Below, piece by piece: positions 17,646-27,295 of a stretch of DNA of 31,029 bases; position 1 is the first letter of the stretch, and each line of letters opens with the position of its first letter. The notes below the pieces were generated by a model. That model made no database searches, was not told where the DNA came from, and saw only the letters and a program-made list of their open reading frames with translations. The stretch spans positions 1 to 31,029 of the forward strand of contig JBGAQA010000083.1 of NCBI GenBank assembly GCA_044220955.1. Reading direction: 5' to 3'. This stretch comes from Sandaracinaceae bacterium (GTDB lineage Bacteria > Myxococcota_A > Polyangia > Polyangiales > Sandaracinaceae). Both the position numbers and the translations under genes were made by a program.

Positions 17646-20105
17646 TCAGCCCTTGACGCGCAGCATGCCGGGGTCGTGCAGCGGGCGCAGCGAAGCGGTC
17701 GCCGGGTACCAGCGGCCGGCGATGTCGACCTCCCAGCGCCCCTTCTCCACGTACGCCTGCGTCACGGGCTCGCCCGCCTCGATCATCGCGAGGCCGACGG
17801 CGCCGCCGAGCGTGTGGCCGTACGAGGCCGCGCGCACGTAGCCCACCGTGGCGCCGTCGCGTCGGATCACCTCGGCGTGGTGGAGCATCGGCTCGGGGTC
17901 GCTCACGAGGATCTGCACGATGCGGCGCGTGAGCGGACCCCGGGCCTTCTCGGCGAGCACCGCCTCGCGTCCGACGAAGCCGCCTGGCTTGTCGAGCGCG
18001 ACGGCGAAGCCGAGGCCCGCCTCGAGCACCGAGTCGGTGTTGTCGATGTCGTGCCCGTAGTCGCGGTAGCCCTTCTCCATGCGCAGGCTCGCGAGCGCCT
18101 TGAGCCCCGCGTGGCGCAGGCCGACGCCGCGGCCGGCCTCCACGATCCGGTCGTACACGTGCGTGGCCTGCTCGGTGGGGACGTAGAGCTCGTAGCCGAG
18201 CTCGCCGAGGTACGTGATGCGAACGCAGAGCGCCCGCGCGAACCCGACGTCGATCTCGCGTGCGGCGCGGAACGGGAACGCGTCGTTCGAGAGATCCACG
18301 CTGGTGAGGGACTGCATCAGCGCGCGCGAGCGTGGGCCCTGCACGTTGATCTGCGCGAGGCCCGAGGTGACGTCGGTGACGAACGCGTGCGCGTCCTCGG
18401 GAAAGTGCCGCCGCATCCACGTCTCCACGTGGCGATGGGCGGTGTCGGAGGCGACGACGAGGAAGCGCTCGTCGTCGAGCTTGGTGACCGTGAGGTCGGC
18501 CTCCAGCGTGCCGCCCTCGTTCAGCCACTGCGTGTACGTGATGAGGCCGGCGGCGCCGTTCACGGCGTTGGCCGAGACGCGGTCCAGGCAGCGTCCGGCG
18601 TCGCGTCCCTGCACGAGGAACTTCGACATGAAGGACATGTCCATCACGATCACGCCCTCACGCGCTGCCTCGTGCTCGGCCTTCCAGTGCGGGAACCAGT
18701 CCTGGCGTCCCCACGAGAGCGGACCGGGGTGAGGCTCGGTGCCAGCCGGGGCGTACCAGTCGGCGCCCTCCCAGCCGCTCACGTCGCGGAAGCACGCGCC
18801 CACCGCCGCGAGTCGATCGTGGAGCGCGGACCTCTTGCTGCCGCGCGCCGTCTGCATCGAGCGCGTCGGGTAGTGACACTGATAGACCATCCCCAGCGAC
18901 TCGACGGTCCGGGTGCGTCGGTACTCGGGGTTCGACTGGTACGCGTGCAGCCGATCGACGTGGATGCCCGTGACGTCCACGTCGGCGCGTCCGTGCATGA
19001 TCCAGTGCGCGAGCGCGCGACCGAGGCCGCCACCGGTGAGGATCCCGATCGAGTTGAGCCCCGCGGCGACGAAGTAGTTCCGCAGCTCGGGCGCCTCGCC
19101 GACGATGGGGCGCAGATCCGGCGTGAAGCTCTCCGGGCCGCAGAAGAACTTCTTCACGCCGATCTCGAGCGAGGCCGGCACGCGCTGCATCGCCCGCTCG
19201 ACGTAGGGCCCCATGCGGTCCCAGTCGGGCGGGATCTCGCCGAAGGAGAAGTCCTCCGGCACGCCGCCGACCTTCCAGGGCGCGCAGAGCGGCTCGAAGA
19301 GGCCGATCATCAGGCCACCACCCTCCTCGCGGTAGTAGCCGAACGACCCCGGATCCTCGAGGACCGGAGCCGACGCCGAGAGCTCGGGCATGCGCTCGGT
19401 GATCAAGTAGTAGTGCTCCGCGGCCTGCAGCGGGATGTTGATCCCGGCCCGCTGGCCGAGCTGCCGCGCCCACATGCCCGCGCAGTTCACGACGACCTCG
19501 GCCTCGACGTCGCCGTGCGAGGTCGTCACGCCGGTGACCGCGCCGCGCGAGGTCGTCACGCCGGTGACGGCGACGCCGGGGACGATGCGCACGCCTCGCA
19601 TGCGGGCGCCCTTGGCGAGCGCCATCGTCGCGTCCACGGGGTTCACGCGCCCGTCCTTCTCGACGTAGAAGCCGGCGAGCAGATCGTCGGTCCGCGCGAG
19701 CGGGAACAGGCGGCGGACCTCGGCGGGCGAGATCTCCTGCACGTCGACGCCGCAGTAGCGATTGAACGCCGCGACGCGACGGTACTCCTCGAGCCGATCG
19801 GCGTCGGCCGCGACCTCGACGAAGCCGACGGGCTTGAAGCCCGTGGACTGTCCCGTCTCGGCCTCGAGGCGCGCGTAGAGGTCGCGCGTGTACTTGCGCA
19901 TCTCGGTCGACGTCTCGGACGTCGAGCCGAAGGTCACCATCAGCCCGGCGGCGTGCCACGTGGTGCCCGAGGTGAGCTGGTCACGCTCGAGGAGCAGCAC
20001 GTCCCTGCAGCCGGCGTGCGCGAGGTGATAGGCGACCGAGCAGCCGATGATGCCGCCTCCCACGATCACCACGCGGGCGCGCTCGGGCAGGGTCGGCTCG
20101 GACAT
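17646..20105 (-). CDS. FAD-dependent oxidoreductase with GcvT-like folate-binding domain (dimethylglycine/sarcosine dehydrogenase or 4-methylaminobutanoate oxidase family)
   Basis: 819 aa. VVIVGGGIIG, LTSGTTWHAAG (covalent FAD His motif), GPESFTPD, DMSFMSKF, ITYLGELGYELY, SLRMEKGYRDYGHDI. Confidence 0.93.
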   Translation of the reverse strand: MSEPTLPERARVVIVGGGIIGCSVAYHLAHAGCRDVLLLERDQLTSGTTWHAAGLMVTFGSTSETSTEMRKYTRDLYARLEAETGQSTGFKPVGFVEVAADADRLEEYRRVAAFNRYCGVDVQEISPAEVRRLFPLARTDDLLAGFYVEKDGRVNPVDATMALAKGARMRGVRIVPGVAVTGVTTSRGAVTGVTTSHGDVEAEVVVNCAGMWARQLGQRAGINIPLQAAEHYYLITERMPELSASAPVLEDPGSFGYYREEGGGLMIGLFEPLCAPWKVGGVPEDFSFGEIPPDWDRMGPYVERAMQRVPASLEIGVKKFFCGPESFTPDLRPIVGEAPELRNYFVAAGLNSIGILTGGGLGRALAHWIMHGRADVDVTGIHVDRLHAYQSNPEYRRTRTVESLGMVYQCHYPTRSMQTARGSKRSALHDRLAAVGACFRDVSGWEGADWYAPAGTEPHPGPLSWGRQDWFPHWKAEHEAAREGVIVMDMSFMSKFLVQGRDAGRCLDRVSANAVNGAAGLITYTQWLNEGGTLEADLTVTKLDDERFLVVASDTAHRHVETWMRRHFPEDAHAFVTDVTSGLAQINVQGPRSRALMQSLTSVDLSNDAFPFRAAREIDVGFARALCVRITYLGELGYELYVPTEQATHVYDRIVEAGRGVGLRHAGLKALASLRMEKGYRDYGHDIDNTDSVLEAGLGFAVALDKPGGFVGREAVLAEKARGPLTRRIVQILVSDPEPMLHHAEVIRRDGATVGYVRAASYGHTLGGAVGLAMIEAGEPVTQAYVEKGRWEVDIAGRWYPATASLRPLHDPGMLRVKG

Positions 20106-20240
20106 CGCGGAGCGACGCTAGCACGCGCGCGCGAGACCGATCGCGGACCTCGGCGGCGAGACCCGACCCGAGCCTGGGGTCCGAGGTGGATCCCGGCGGG
20201 CGCCGGGGTCGCGCGCGCGTGATCGCGCTACCCTGAGCCA

Positions 20241-21368
20241 ATGCGGCGTCTCGCCGTCCTCTCCCTGGTCGCGTGGGTCGGCTGCGGCGCGAAGACGGGT
20301 GTCCGCGCGCCGCTGCGCTGCGACGAGGCGAGCGAGTGCCCGCCGGTCGGCGACTTCTGCGTGGAGTCGGCGGCCTGCCTCGCGGGCTACTGTGCGACCG
20401 AGGGGCCACCCTCGTGCGACGACCGATCGGCTTGCACCGTCGACGCGTGCGACGGGGTCCTCGGCGCCTGCACGCACGTGGTGCGGGACGAAGACGGCGA
20501 CGGACACGGTGATGCCGCGTGCGGCGCCGAGGACTGCGACGATGGCGACGCCGCCGTGCACCCCGGCGCGCCGGAGCGCTGCGCGGACGGACGCGACGAC
20601 GACTGCGACGGACGGACGGACTGCTCCGACCTCGCCTGCGCGGCCGATCTCGGCTGCGCGGGGTGCACGCCCGAGGGCTGCGCGGACGGTGTCGACGACG
20701 ACTGTGACGGCATCGTCGACTGTGCGGACTCCGACTGCGCCGCGAGCCTCGACTGCTGCGTGCCGGCCCCGGAGCGCTGCGACGGGCTCGACCAGGACTG
20801 TGACGGCGTGGCCGACGACGGGGTGCCATGCTGGTTCCTCAGCGCCGGCGACACGGTGACGGACGCGCCGATCGAGCCCTTCACCACACGGGCGTGCCCC
20901 GGCGACTGGTACGCGTACGATCGACCCGACCACTCGAGCGCCAACCCGAGCCCGGACCTCCGCCTCGGCGATGCGGTCACGATCGTCCCGGTCGCGCCAC
21001 CGGCGAGCTGCGGAGGTCGCGGCCTGGCGGTGATCGCGGACACGACGCACGACGGCACCGGAGGACGCCTCGAGGCGAGCTTCGACGTCGTGCCGGCCGA
21101 GGGCGCGCTCTCGGTGAGCGACGACCCCGGCGAGTGCGCCTACGACGGCTCCACGGGACGGGGCACGTGTCGCTGGAACTGGGAGAGCTGCTGCACCGAC
21201 GGGATGGTGCTCGACCACCTCGTGCGCGACTTCTGTCTCTCGCTCTCCCTGACGCGGGGGCAGAACGTCGGCTCCCTGCGCGTCCTCGACCGGACGACCG
21301 GTGAGATCGATCTGCCGCTCGGCACGCCCGTCACCATCTGCCAGCGGACGGTCGCCGCGCGTCCCTGA
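20241..21368 (+). CDS. Cys/Asp-rich lipoprotein with myxobacterial putative metal-binding (MopE-like) repeats
   Basis: Lipobox WVGC. Repeats DCDDGDAAVHPGAPERCADGRDDDCDG, EGCADGVDDDCDG, ERCDGLDQDCDG. Confidence 0.88.
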   Translation: MRRLAVLSLVAWVGCGAKTGVRAPLRCDEASECPPVGDFCVESAACLAGYCATEGPPSCDDRSACTVDACDGVLGACTHVVRDEDGDGHGDAACGAEDCDDGDAAVHPGAPERCADGRDDDCDGRTDCSDLACAADLGCAGCTPEGCADGVDDDCDGIVDCADSDCAASLDCCVPAPERCDGLDQDCDGVADDGVPCWFLSAGDTVTDAPIEPFTTRACPGDWYAYDRPDHSSANPSPDLRLGDAVTIVPVAPPASCGGRGLAVIADTTHDGTGGRLEASFDVVPAEGALSVSDDPGECAYDGSTGRGTCRWNWESCCTDGMVLDHLVRDFCLSLSLTRGQNVGSLRVLDRTTGEIDLPLGTPVTICQRTVAARP

Positions 21369-21404
21369 CATGACGGACCGCGAGCTCTTCATCGAGCAGT
21401 CGGG

Positions 21405-22094
21405 TCAGTTGCAGTGCTCCACGCAGCTGGTCCCAGGGCCGCTGCTGACCTCTCCGTTCGGCCCCTCGCACCCCTCGTAGCAGGTCACGCCACCGGCCGA
21501 GCTGGTGCCGTGGCAGACGGCCGGGTCGCAGGAGGGTGGCTGCGTTCCATCGCAGGAGAAGACCTGCGTCGTGCCGGCCGGGCAGCTGCCGCGCATGAGC
21601 GCGGGGCCAGGCGGCTCGGTGCAGCTGGGCACGGGATGCGCATCGGGAGGCTGCGAGCCGCCCGCGGACACGTCGCAGGCGCACCAACGGTGAGCGCTCG
21701 ACCACACGCACAGAGGGCCCGTGCACGAGGCGAGGGTCGTGCCGACCGCCGTGGGCTCGGGGAAGCACGTGCATGCGGAGCCCGAGCCCCCGCTTCCGCA
21801 GGTCCACGGCCCAGCGTAGGGCCGCGCCGTGCACGAGCACGCGTCGGTTCCCGGCGTCGCGCAACACGTGAGGAGGGCTCCGGGTTGGGAGTCGCGGTTG
21901 CAGATCCCCGCCGTGCTCACCGCGCCGTGGCACTCGCAGCCCCCGGCGATCGCGTTGCAGGAGCCGGGCGCGGCGCCCCCGTCGCGACCGCTGGCGTCGA
22001 TCCCACCAGCGTCCGCCCCACCGTGCGCCGAGCACGCCACCATGAAGACGAGACCGATCGACAACGACCACTCTCGGCGACGACACCCGGACAT
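21405..22094 (-). CDS. Cys-rich lipoprotein, hypothetical
   Basis: ATG at 22094 after GAGGAG. Lipobox MVAC, DAG/DGG linker, more than 20 Cys. Confidence 0.82.
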   Translation of the reverse strand: MSGCRRREWSLSIGLVFMVACSAHGGADAGGIDASGRDGGAAPGSCNAIAGGCECHGAVSTAGICNRDSQPGALLTCCATPGTDACSCTARPYAGPWTCGSGGSGSACTCFPEPTAVGTTLASCTGPLCVWSSAHRWCACDVSAGGSQPPDAHPVPSCTEPPGPALMRGSCPAGTTQVFSCDGTQPPSCDPAVCHGTSSAGGVTCYEGCEGPNGEVSSGPGTSCVEHCN

Positions 22095-22262
22095 GAACAC
22101 TCCTCGCTCGAAACGCGGAGAACACGTCCCCGACGCTACCATGCGCGAGGACGCGCGGCTGGTCCCCGGCCAGCCCCCCGAGCGCCTGGCGCTCCCGCAG
22201 GGGGGCAGGGACATGTGTATGCTCTCGCGGTACGGTCCGCGCGCCGGCACACGGAGGATCCG

Positions 22263-22751
22263 ATGTTCAAGATGACCACCAGCGCCTGCATCGAGGCCCC
22301 CGCCGACGTCGTGTGGGCGCACCTCGCGCGGCTCGATCAGATCCACGTCTGGACCGACGTCATCCACCGCTCGTACATGAGCAGCGCGTGCGCGACGGGC
22401 GTCGGCGCCGAGCGGACGTGCGAGCTCGCCGGTCGGCGCGACCTGCACGAGCGTGTGATCGACTGGGACGAGGGCCGCTCGTTCACGTACGAGTCCACCG
22501 ACGCGCCGATGATGAAGCTCGCGCGCAACCGCTGGAGCGTGACGCCCATGGGCGCCCGCTCGCTGGTGACGTCCGACGCCGAGCTGGAGCTCCGCGGCGG
22601 CTGGCTCGGCCGTGTGCTCGGCTTCGTGCTCGTCCCGCTGATGCGGTTCGCCCTCCCGAACCCGCTCGCGAAGCTGAAGTACTGGATCGAGGAGGGCACG
22701 CCGTACGAGGGCCGCGCCCGCTCGCTCCCGGTCCCGAGCGTCGCGTGCTGA
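22263..22751 (+). CDS. SRPBCC (START/polyketide cyclase-like) family protein
   Basis: ATG at 22263 after GGAGG. IEAPADVVWAHL...W, GVGAERTC, ERVIDWDEGRSFTY, LAKLKYWIE. Confidence 0.88.
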   Translation: MFKMTTSACIEAPADVVWAHLARLDQIHVWTDVIHRSYMSSACATGVGAERTCELAGRRDLHERVIDWDEGRSFTYESTDAPMMKLARNRWSVTPMGARSLVTSDAELELRGGWLGRVLGFVLVPLMRFALPNPLAKLKYWIEEGTPYEGRARSLPVPSVAC

Positions 22752-22819
22752 CGTCGATGGCCGCATGAGCGCCGGCTTCTTCCATGGCTCGAGGATGCGC
22801 ACGCGGGACGTCCGGGGTC

Positions 22820-22935
22820 GGTAGCGATCGTCCGGATCCGCGGTTACCGGATCGGCGATCGACCTCGGCTGGGCCGGAGGTCCGCGCGCGTTCGCCGAGA
22901 AGCACGCGCGGCGGCCGAGCGCGAGGGCCGAGATC
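22820..22935 (-). repeat. Diverged, inverted copy of the ~135-bp TIR intergenic element
   Basis: GGTAGCGATCGTCCGGATCCGCGGTTACCGGATC...GCGCGTTCGCCGAGA aligns with the reverse complement of 25724-25859 (GGAAGCGATCGTCCAGATCCGCGGTAGCCGGATC...GCGCGTTCGCCGAGA). The right boundary is approximate. Confidence 0.75.
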
Positions 22936-23025
22936 AACCCTCGTGCCGGGAGCGAACGCTCCGCGTCTCGACGAGGCCGACGCCGACGCGGAGCGCCGAA
23001 GCGGGCGAAGGGGCCGCGTCGTGCG

Positions 23026-24144
23026 TCAGCCGTCCGGGCGTGCCGGCGACGTCCACGCGGCGCAGCGCACGGGCGAGACCGCCGGCGGCTGCCGCATCGC
23101 GCGCAGCCAGGGCGCGGTGCGGGGCAGCACCCGGCTCGACCACACGATCGGCTCCGGCTGCGCGAGCGCGGGGGCCGGGGTGGCGTCGGCGGCGAGCGCG
23201 CTCGCGTCGAGCCCAGACGAGATCGTCGTCGCGGCCAGGACGCCGCTCACGAGCAGAGCAACACCCGCTGCGAGGGGCAGCCGCGCGCCGCGGCGGGCGG
23301 CTCCGGCCAGCGCGATCCAGGGCAGCAGCGCCAGGAACGGACCGTAGCGCTCGCGCGGCTCGACCGCGTCCGCGATCTGTCGGAGGCCACGCACCCACTC
23401 GACCGCCGGGTCGAACGGATCGCGGTGCGCGAGAGCGTCGTGGCCGAGGGCCTCGACGTACTCTCGCTCCGCGAGCAGGCTGAAGGCGACGGCGAGCACG
23501 TACGTGATGCCGCCGAGCGCGCGCGAGTCGTCCCGACTCGGCACGAGCGCGGCCCCGGCGCACACGACCAGGGCGAGCCCACATCCGCCCCAGCGGATCC
23601 ACGAGCTGATCCAGTCGACGCCCGTCGAGGTGGCGAGGATCAGCCCCACGAAGGGCCCGCAGAGCGCGAGCGCGGCGGATGCGCGGGCGAGCCGAGGTGC
23701 GTCGGGGGCCGCCTGCGCGCGCCACGCGAACGCGACCTCGAGCACGCGCGCCGCACCGAAGCCGACGGCGAGCGCGACGGCGGCGAGGAGCGCCCACATG
23801 TGCTCGCTCCCGGCGCTGCCCACCTCGGCGATGCGCGCGCCGAGGTCGACGCCGACCCGCGAGGGAGGAGCCGAGAGAGAAGAGGTGCGCGCGGCGGACA
23901 CGGCGAGCGGCACGAGCGCCAGCGCCCAGCCCGCGTCGCGCCCGGCCGACACGCGGCGCAGCAGCGAGGCGCCCATCAGGAGCGCCGCCAGCGCGGTGGT
24001 GCTGAGGAGCACGAAGGAGGGCGGCGGCAGCGCCGCACCGCCGAGGCCGGGCATGTCCATCGAGAGGTGGCTGGCCTGGCCCGACGGAAGGATCACCAGC
24101 GCGGCGACCACGAGGACCGGGACGAAGGGCACCGCGCGGCTCAT
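23026..24144 (-). CDS. Multi-pass membrane protein, hypothetical
   Basis: ATG at 24144 within track ORF 23026..24975. Many Ala/Leu-rich hydrophobic segments; GC-ending codons continue up to the stop. Confidence 0.7.
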   Translation of the reverse strand: MSRAVPFVPVLVVAALVILPSGQASHLSMDMPGLGGAALPPPSFVLLSTTALAALLMGASLLRRVSAGRDAGWALALVPLAVSAARTSSLSAPPSRVGVDLGARIAEVGSAGSEHMWALLAAVALAVGFGAARVLEVAFAWRAQAAPDAPRLARASAALALCGPFVGLILATSTGVDWISSWIRWGGCGLALVVCAGAALVPSRDDSRALGGITYVLAVAFSLLAEREYVEALGHDALAHRDPFDPAVEWVRGLRQIADAVEPRERYGPFLALLPWIALAGAARRGARLPLAAGVALLVSGVLAATTISSGLDASALAADATPAPALAQPEPIVWSSRVLPRTAPWLRAMRQPPAVSPVRCAAWTSPARPDG

Positions 24145-24273
24145 GCAGACCAGTACGCCTACGGAGGGCGGAGGATTCCCGCCCGGAGTCCGGGCGAGCC
24201 GCGAGGGCGCCGCGGATGCAGCGTGGCGGTCCGGTCGCACGGCCCGAGCGCTCGATCCAGGCTTGTTCCTCCG

Positions 24274-25716
24274 ATGGAGGAATCGATCTTCGAGGGCACG
24301 ATCGACGGCCACGCGGTGCGCGTCGCGATCGGCCCACTCGTCGCGTGGGAGCGTCTCGCCGCGATCGAGACGGCCGCGCTGACGACGATGCTCCTCGCGC
24401 TGGCCGTGGTGACGTGGATCCGGATCGGAGATCCGTCGCGGCGCGCGCTCGCGGCCCTCGGGCCCCTGGCCGGTGGTGCTTGCGCGCTCGCGGCCTTCTT
24501 CACGCGCGAGCCGGACGGCGTCACCGGCTTCGGCGCGAACGTGTTCGCGATCTTTCCGTCCCTCGGATCGCGCGTGGTCGGCGTCGGCGTCGGGCCCAGG
24601 GTCATGGTCTGGTGTGCGAGTGGCGTGCTCGCCGCGGTCCTGGTCGACGTCCCTGCCTGGCGCGGGAGGCCGAAGCGGCAGGTCGCGCGGCTCGGCGTGC
24701 TCGCGTTGCCCCTGGTCGTCGCGCTGGCGGCGCTCCACGCGTCGGCGGACGTGCGCGCGTTTCGCGCCGAGGTCGCCGCGATTCGTCCCCTTCCGCACGT
24801 CGCGTTCGAGGATGCGCTCGCGCTTCACGTGGGGCAGCGGCGCGCCGTGACACCCAGCGAGGTGACACAGCTCGCGGTGCGCTCGCTGCCGAACATGCTC
24901 ATCTTCGTTCCGGGCGCTCGCTTCATCACCAGCGAAGCGGGCACGCCCGTCGATGCTGCGCACCTCGCAGCCCACGAGTGGTGGCGTGTGTCGATGGAGG
25001 AAGCGGACGCGCAGGCGTGGTCGGCCAGCACGGTCGAGGTCGTCGCACCTTCATCGCCGGGAGCGTTCGTGGTGAGCGCGCACTTCGAGCGTGGACCCGT
25101 GCGGGTCTCGCGAGACCTCGACGCGCTCGCCATCTCCGACGCCCCCGATCCGCTCTTCCCGCTCACGGTCGGGATGGAGAGACGGTTCGCGCGCTCGCGT
25201 CGCGTTCGGGGCGGCGACCTCGTCGCCCTCGCGCCGCTCACGCTGAGAGTGGACGACGAGGCCTTGGTGGATGGCTTTCGGGTCCTCCGCGTGAGCCTGC
25301 GCGAGGGCGAGACCGTCCTTCGAACCGACACGGTCGTGCCCTGGGAGGGCACCTACCGGATGAGCGCCCGGTCGGACGCGCCCCCCTTCATCGAGCGCGC
25401 CGCGACGAGCGACCCGAGCGACCCGAGCGGGGATGTGCTCGGCGCGACATGCCTGCTCCTCTCGTTCGACCGCTTGCCGAGCTGCGAGTGCGCGACCGAG
25501 CCGCCGGCAGGACCGCGCCGCTGCACCTTCGTCGATGGCCACGGGGGCGAGGCGCTCCTCGCGCTCGGGCTCGGGATCCTCACGCTCGGCGCGAGCGTCG
25601 TCGGAGGGGTCACCGCCCCACGCGCGACGGTCACGGAGCTGCGGCTCGAGTCGGCCGAGGGCGTGGCCGTCGACACCGCGAGCCTCCTCGCCGTGCCGAC
25701 GCACCACCCTCGCTGA
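24274..25716 (+). CDS. Membrane protein with N-terminal TM helices and a soluble C-terminal region, hypothetical
   Basis: ATG at 24274 within track ORF 23425..25716. About 4 TM segments, a soluble region with a Cys cluster and a late hydrophobic segment. Its last ~48 codons are duplicated at 28032-28176. Confidence 0.7.
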   Translation: MEESIFEGTIDGHAVRVAIGPLVAWERLAAIETAALTTMLLALAVVTWIRIGDPSRRALAALGPLAGGACALAAFFTREPDGVTGFGANVFAIFPSLGSRVVGVGVGPRVMVWCASGVLAAVLVDVPAWRGRPKRQVARLGVLALPLVVALAALHASADVRAFRAEVAAIRPLPHVAFEDALALHVGQRRAVTPSEVTQLAVRSLPNMLIFVPGARFITSEAGTPVDAAHLAAHEWWRVSMEEADAQAWSASTVEVVAPSSPGAFVVSAHFERGPVRVSRDLDALAISDAPDPLFPLTVGMERRFARSRRVRGGDLVALAPLTLRVDDEALVDGFRVLRVSLREGETVLRTDTVVPWEGTYRMSARSDAPPFIERAATSDPSDPSGDVLGATCLLLSFDRLPSCECATEPPAGPRRCTFVDGHGGEALLALGLGILTLGASVVGGVTAPRATVTELRLESAEGVAVDTASLLAVPTHHPR

Positions 25717-25860
25717 TCTCCGCTGGAAGCGATCACGCGAAACGTGGGCTGGCGATCCGCGCGGTTCTCCGCGCATCTCGGCGAACGCGCTCGGAGGCCC
25801 GGCCAATCCGATATCGAGATCCGCGATCCGGCTACCGCGGATCTGGACGATCGCTTCCAC
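25571..25860 (+). repeat. Direct repeat copy 1 (~290 bp): 3' end of the 24274..25716 gene plus the TIR element
   Basis: Aligns with 28032-28301; hand count gives about 16 substitutions, two 1-bp indels and one 20-bp deletion in copy 2. Confidence 0.95.
25724..25859 (+). mobile_element. 136-bp MITE/REP-like element with perfect 11-bp terminal inverted repeats
   Basis: TGGAAGCGATC (25724-25734) and GATCGCTTCCA (25849-25859); internal 9-bp hairpin AGATCCGCG-N10-CGCGGATCT (25817-25844). Related copies at 22820, 28184 and ~30055. Mobility is inferred. Confidence 0.65.
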
Positions 25861-25988
25861 CGTCGGTACTCATCCACGTCGCTCCAGCCGACGACGCCGT
25901 GGCGGAGGTCCGCGCCCGTCGCGGCGGTGGTCGAGGATTCCTCCCGGATCACGATGTGTCCCTCCTCACCGCGCTTCGGGCACCAGGG

Positions 25989-27083
25989 ATGACGGGTGGC
26001 AGATTGCGCGTCGTGCGCCACGTCACGCCCGGATGGTCCACCCGCCTGCTCATCGCGTCCTTGGCTCTGGGCGGCTGCAGGGACCCCGACGGGCGTGCGG
26101 CGGACTCGGGGCTTACGGGGCTCGACGCGGGCGGACCCGTGACCGACGCGCCCGGGCTCGCGACGAACGTGCCGGGGCGCCACGACCTCGAGTTCGAGCT
26201 CGAGGGGCACGTGCGCCACGCGCTCGTGTACGTGCCCGAAAGCGCCGGCGACGTTGCCGCTCCCGTGGTCGTGATGCTCCACGGGACGAGCCAGGACGGC
26301 GAGATGTTCTTCGCGGACGGGCACTGGATCCCCGAAGCGGACGCGAACGGCATCATCATCGTGTACCCCGACTCGCTCAGCTACTGCTTCCACCGCGACG
26401 AGAATGGGGACGGGGACTTCGCGGACCCCGGCGAGCTGCGGGTCAACTCCAAGTGGAACTCGGGCATCCTCGGCGGGGCCGACCACCCGCTCTGCACAGC
26501 CACTGAGATCGCGGCGCTCGCGCCGGGGACGCGCGCGCTCGTGGACCATCCGCTCCGCGACGATGTGGCCTTCCTGGACCGACTCCTCGAACGGCTCGAG
26601 CGCACGTTCGTTGTGGACTCGCGCCGCGTCTACGCCACCGGGTTCTCCAACGGCGGAGAGATGGCGAGCCGCCTCGCGGTCGAGAGGTCGACACGCTACG
26701 CGGCCGTCGCTGCGCACGCAGGCTTCCTGGAGATCGCACCGCGCGCTTCGGAGCGACCGATCTCCATGGCGCTCTCGATCGGCAGCGCCGACGACAACTT
26801 CGTCCCCGGGCCGGAGTCGATCCCGCTCGACGAGACGGCGCTCTCGAGCCCGTACTTCGTGGACCTCCAGGCCGACTACCTAGCGATAGCCCAGCTCGAG
26901 CCCACGTACACGCACGAGACGGCGATCGTCGGACCGCGGACGCTGTCGCGGTTCGTCTGGGCGACCAGCACGGTGGGCGCCGACAACCGCGTCGAGCTCG
27001 CCGTCATAGAGGGGGTCACGCACACCTACCCGCCGATGGAGGCACAGCTCTGGGCGTTCTTCTCGGGCTACAGCCTGCCCTAG
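25989..27083 (+). CDS. Alpha/beta-hydrolase lipoprotein, PHB-depolymerase/LpqP-like esterase
   Basis: Lipobox LGGC, PVVVMLHG, IIVYPD, DDVAFL, nucleophile elbow RVYATGFSNGG, GSADD (Asp), GVTHTYP (His). Start ATG 25989 is uncertain. Confidence 0.88.
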   Translation: MTGGRLRVVRHVTPGWSTRLLIASLALGGCRDPDGRAADSGLTGLDAGGPVTDAPGLATNVPGRHDLEFELEGHVRHALVYVPESAGDVAAPVVVMLHGTSQDGEMFFADGHWIPEADANGIIIVYPDSLSYCFHRDENGDGDFADPGELRVNSKWNSGILGGADHPLCTATEIAALAPGTRALVDHPLRDDVAFLDRLLERLERTFVVDSRRVYATGFSNGGEMASRLAVERSTRYAAVAAHAGFLEIAPRASERPISMALSIGSADDNFVPGPESIPLDETALSSPYFVDLQADYLAIAQLEPTYTHETAIVGPRTLSRFVWATSTVGADNRVELAVIEGVTHTYPPMEAQLWAFFSGYSLP

Positions 27084-27295
27084 CTAAGGTTTGCGACACG
27101 GGGAAAGTGATCGGTTGACGCTCGCCCTGCTCCCCTCGCGTGTGTCGGCCAGCTCGCTCGGTGAGCTGTGCGGCCGCGCCGGGAGGGCGTTCGGTCGAGC
27201 ACGCGCTCCGGTCTGTCGGCGCTCGCGCTGCTGTGTTTTTGCTTGGTCCTTCGGAGGAAGAGATGATTGCGCGGTGACCGCTCAGCGAAGCCGGG

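Noticed and set aside
17646..20105. Annotating as glycine cleavage T protein gcvT
   Set aside because: It has an N-terminal DAO-type FAD domain and is 819 aa, so it is a DMGDH-like fusion rather than stand-alone GcvT.
21370..21480. Short ORF MTDRELFIEQSGQ... starting 1 nt after the lipoprotein stop
   Set aside because: Only 36 aa and mostly antisense to the 21405..22094 gene; it may be a relic gene start but cannot be supported.
22934..23160. Possible frameshifted C-terminus of the 23026..24144 membrane protein
   Set aside because: The annotated frame keeps strongly GC-ending codons up to its own stop, so no frameshift is needed.
27084..27130. Candidate oriIS of the ISCR-like element (minus strand ...GATCACTTTCCCCGTG...)
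   Set aside because: The position is plausible but similarity to the ISCR oriIS pattern (TTGAACTTCCTATAC-like) is too weak to call without aligning to intact copies.
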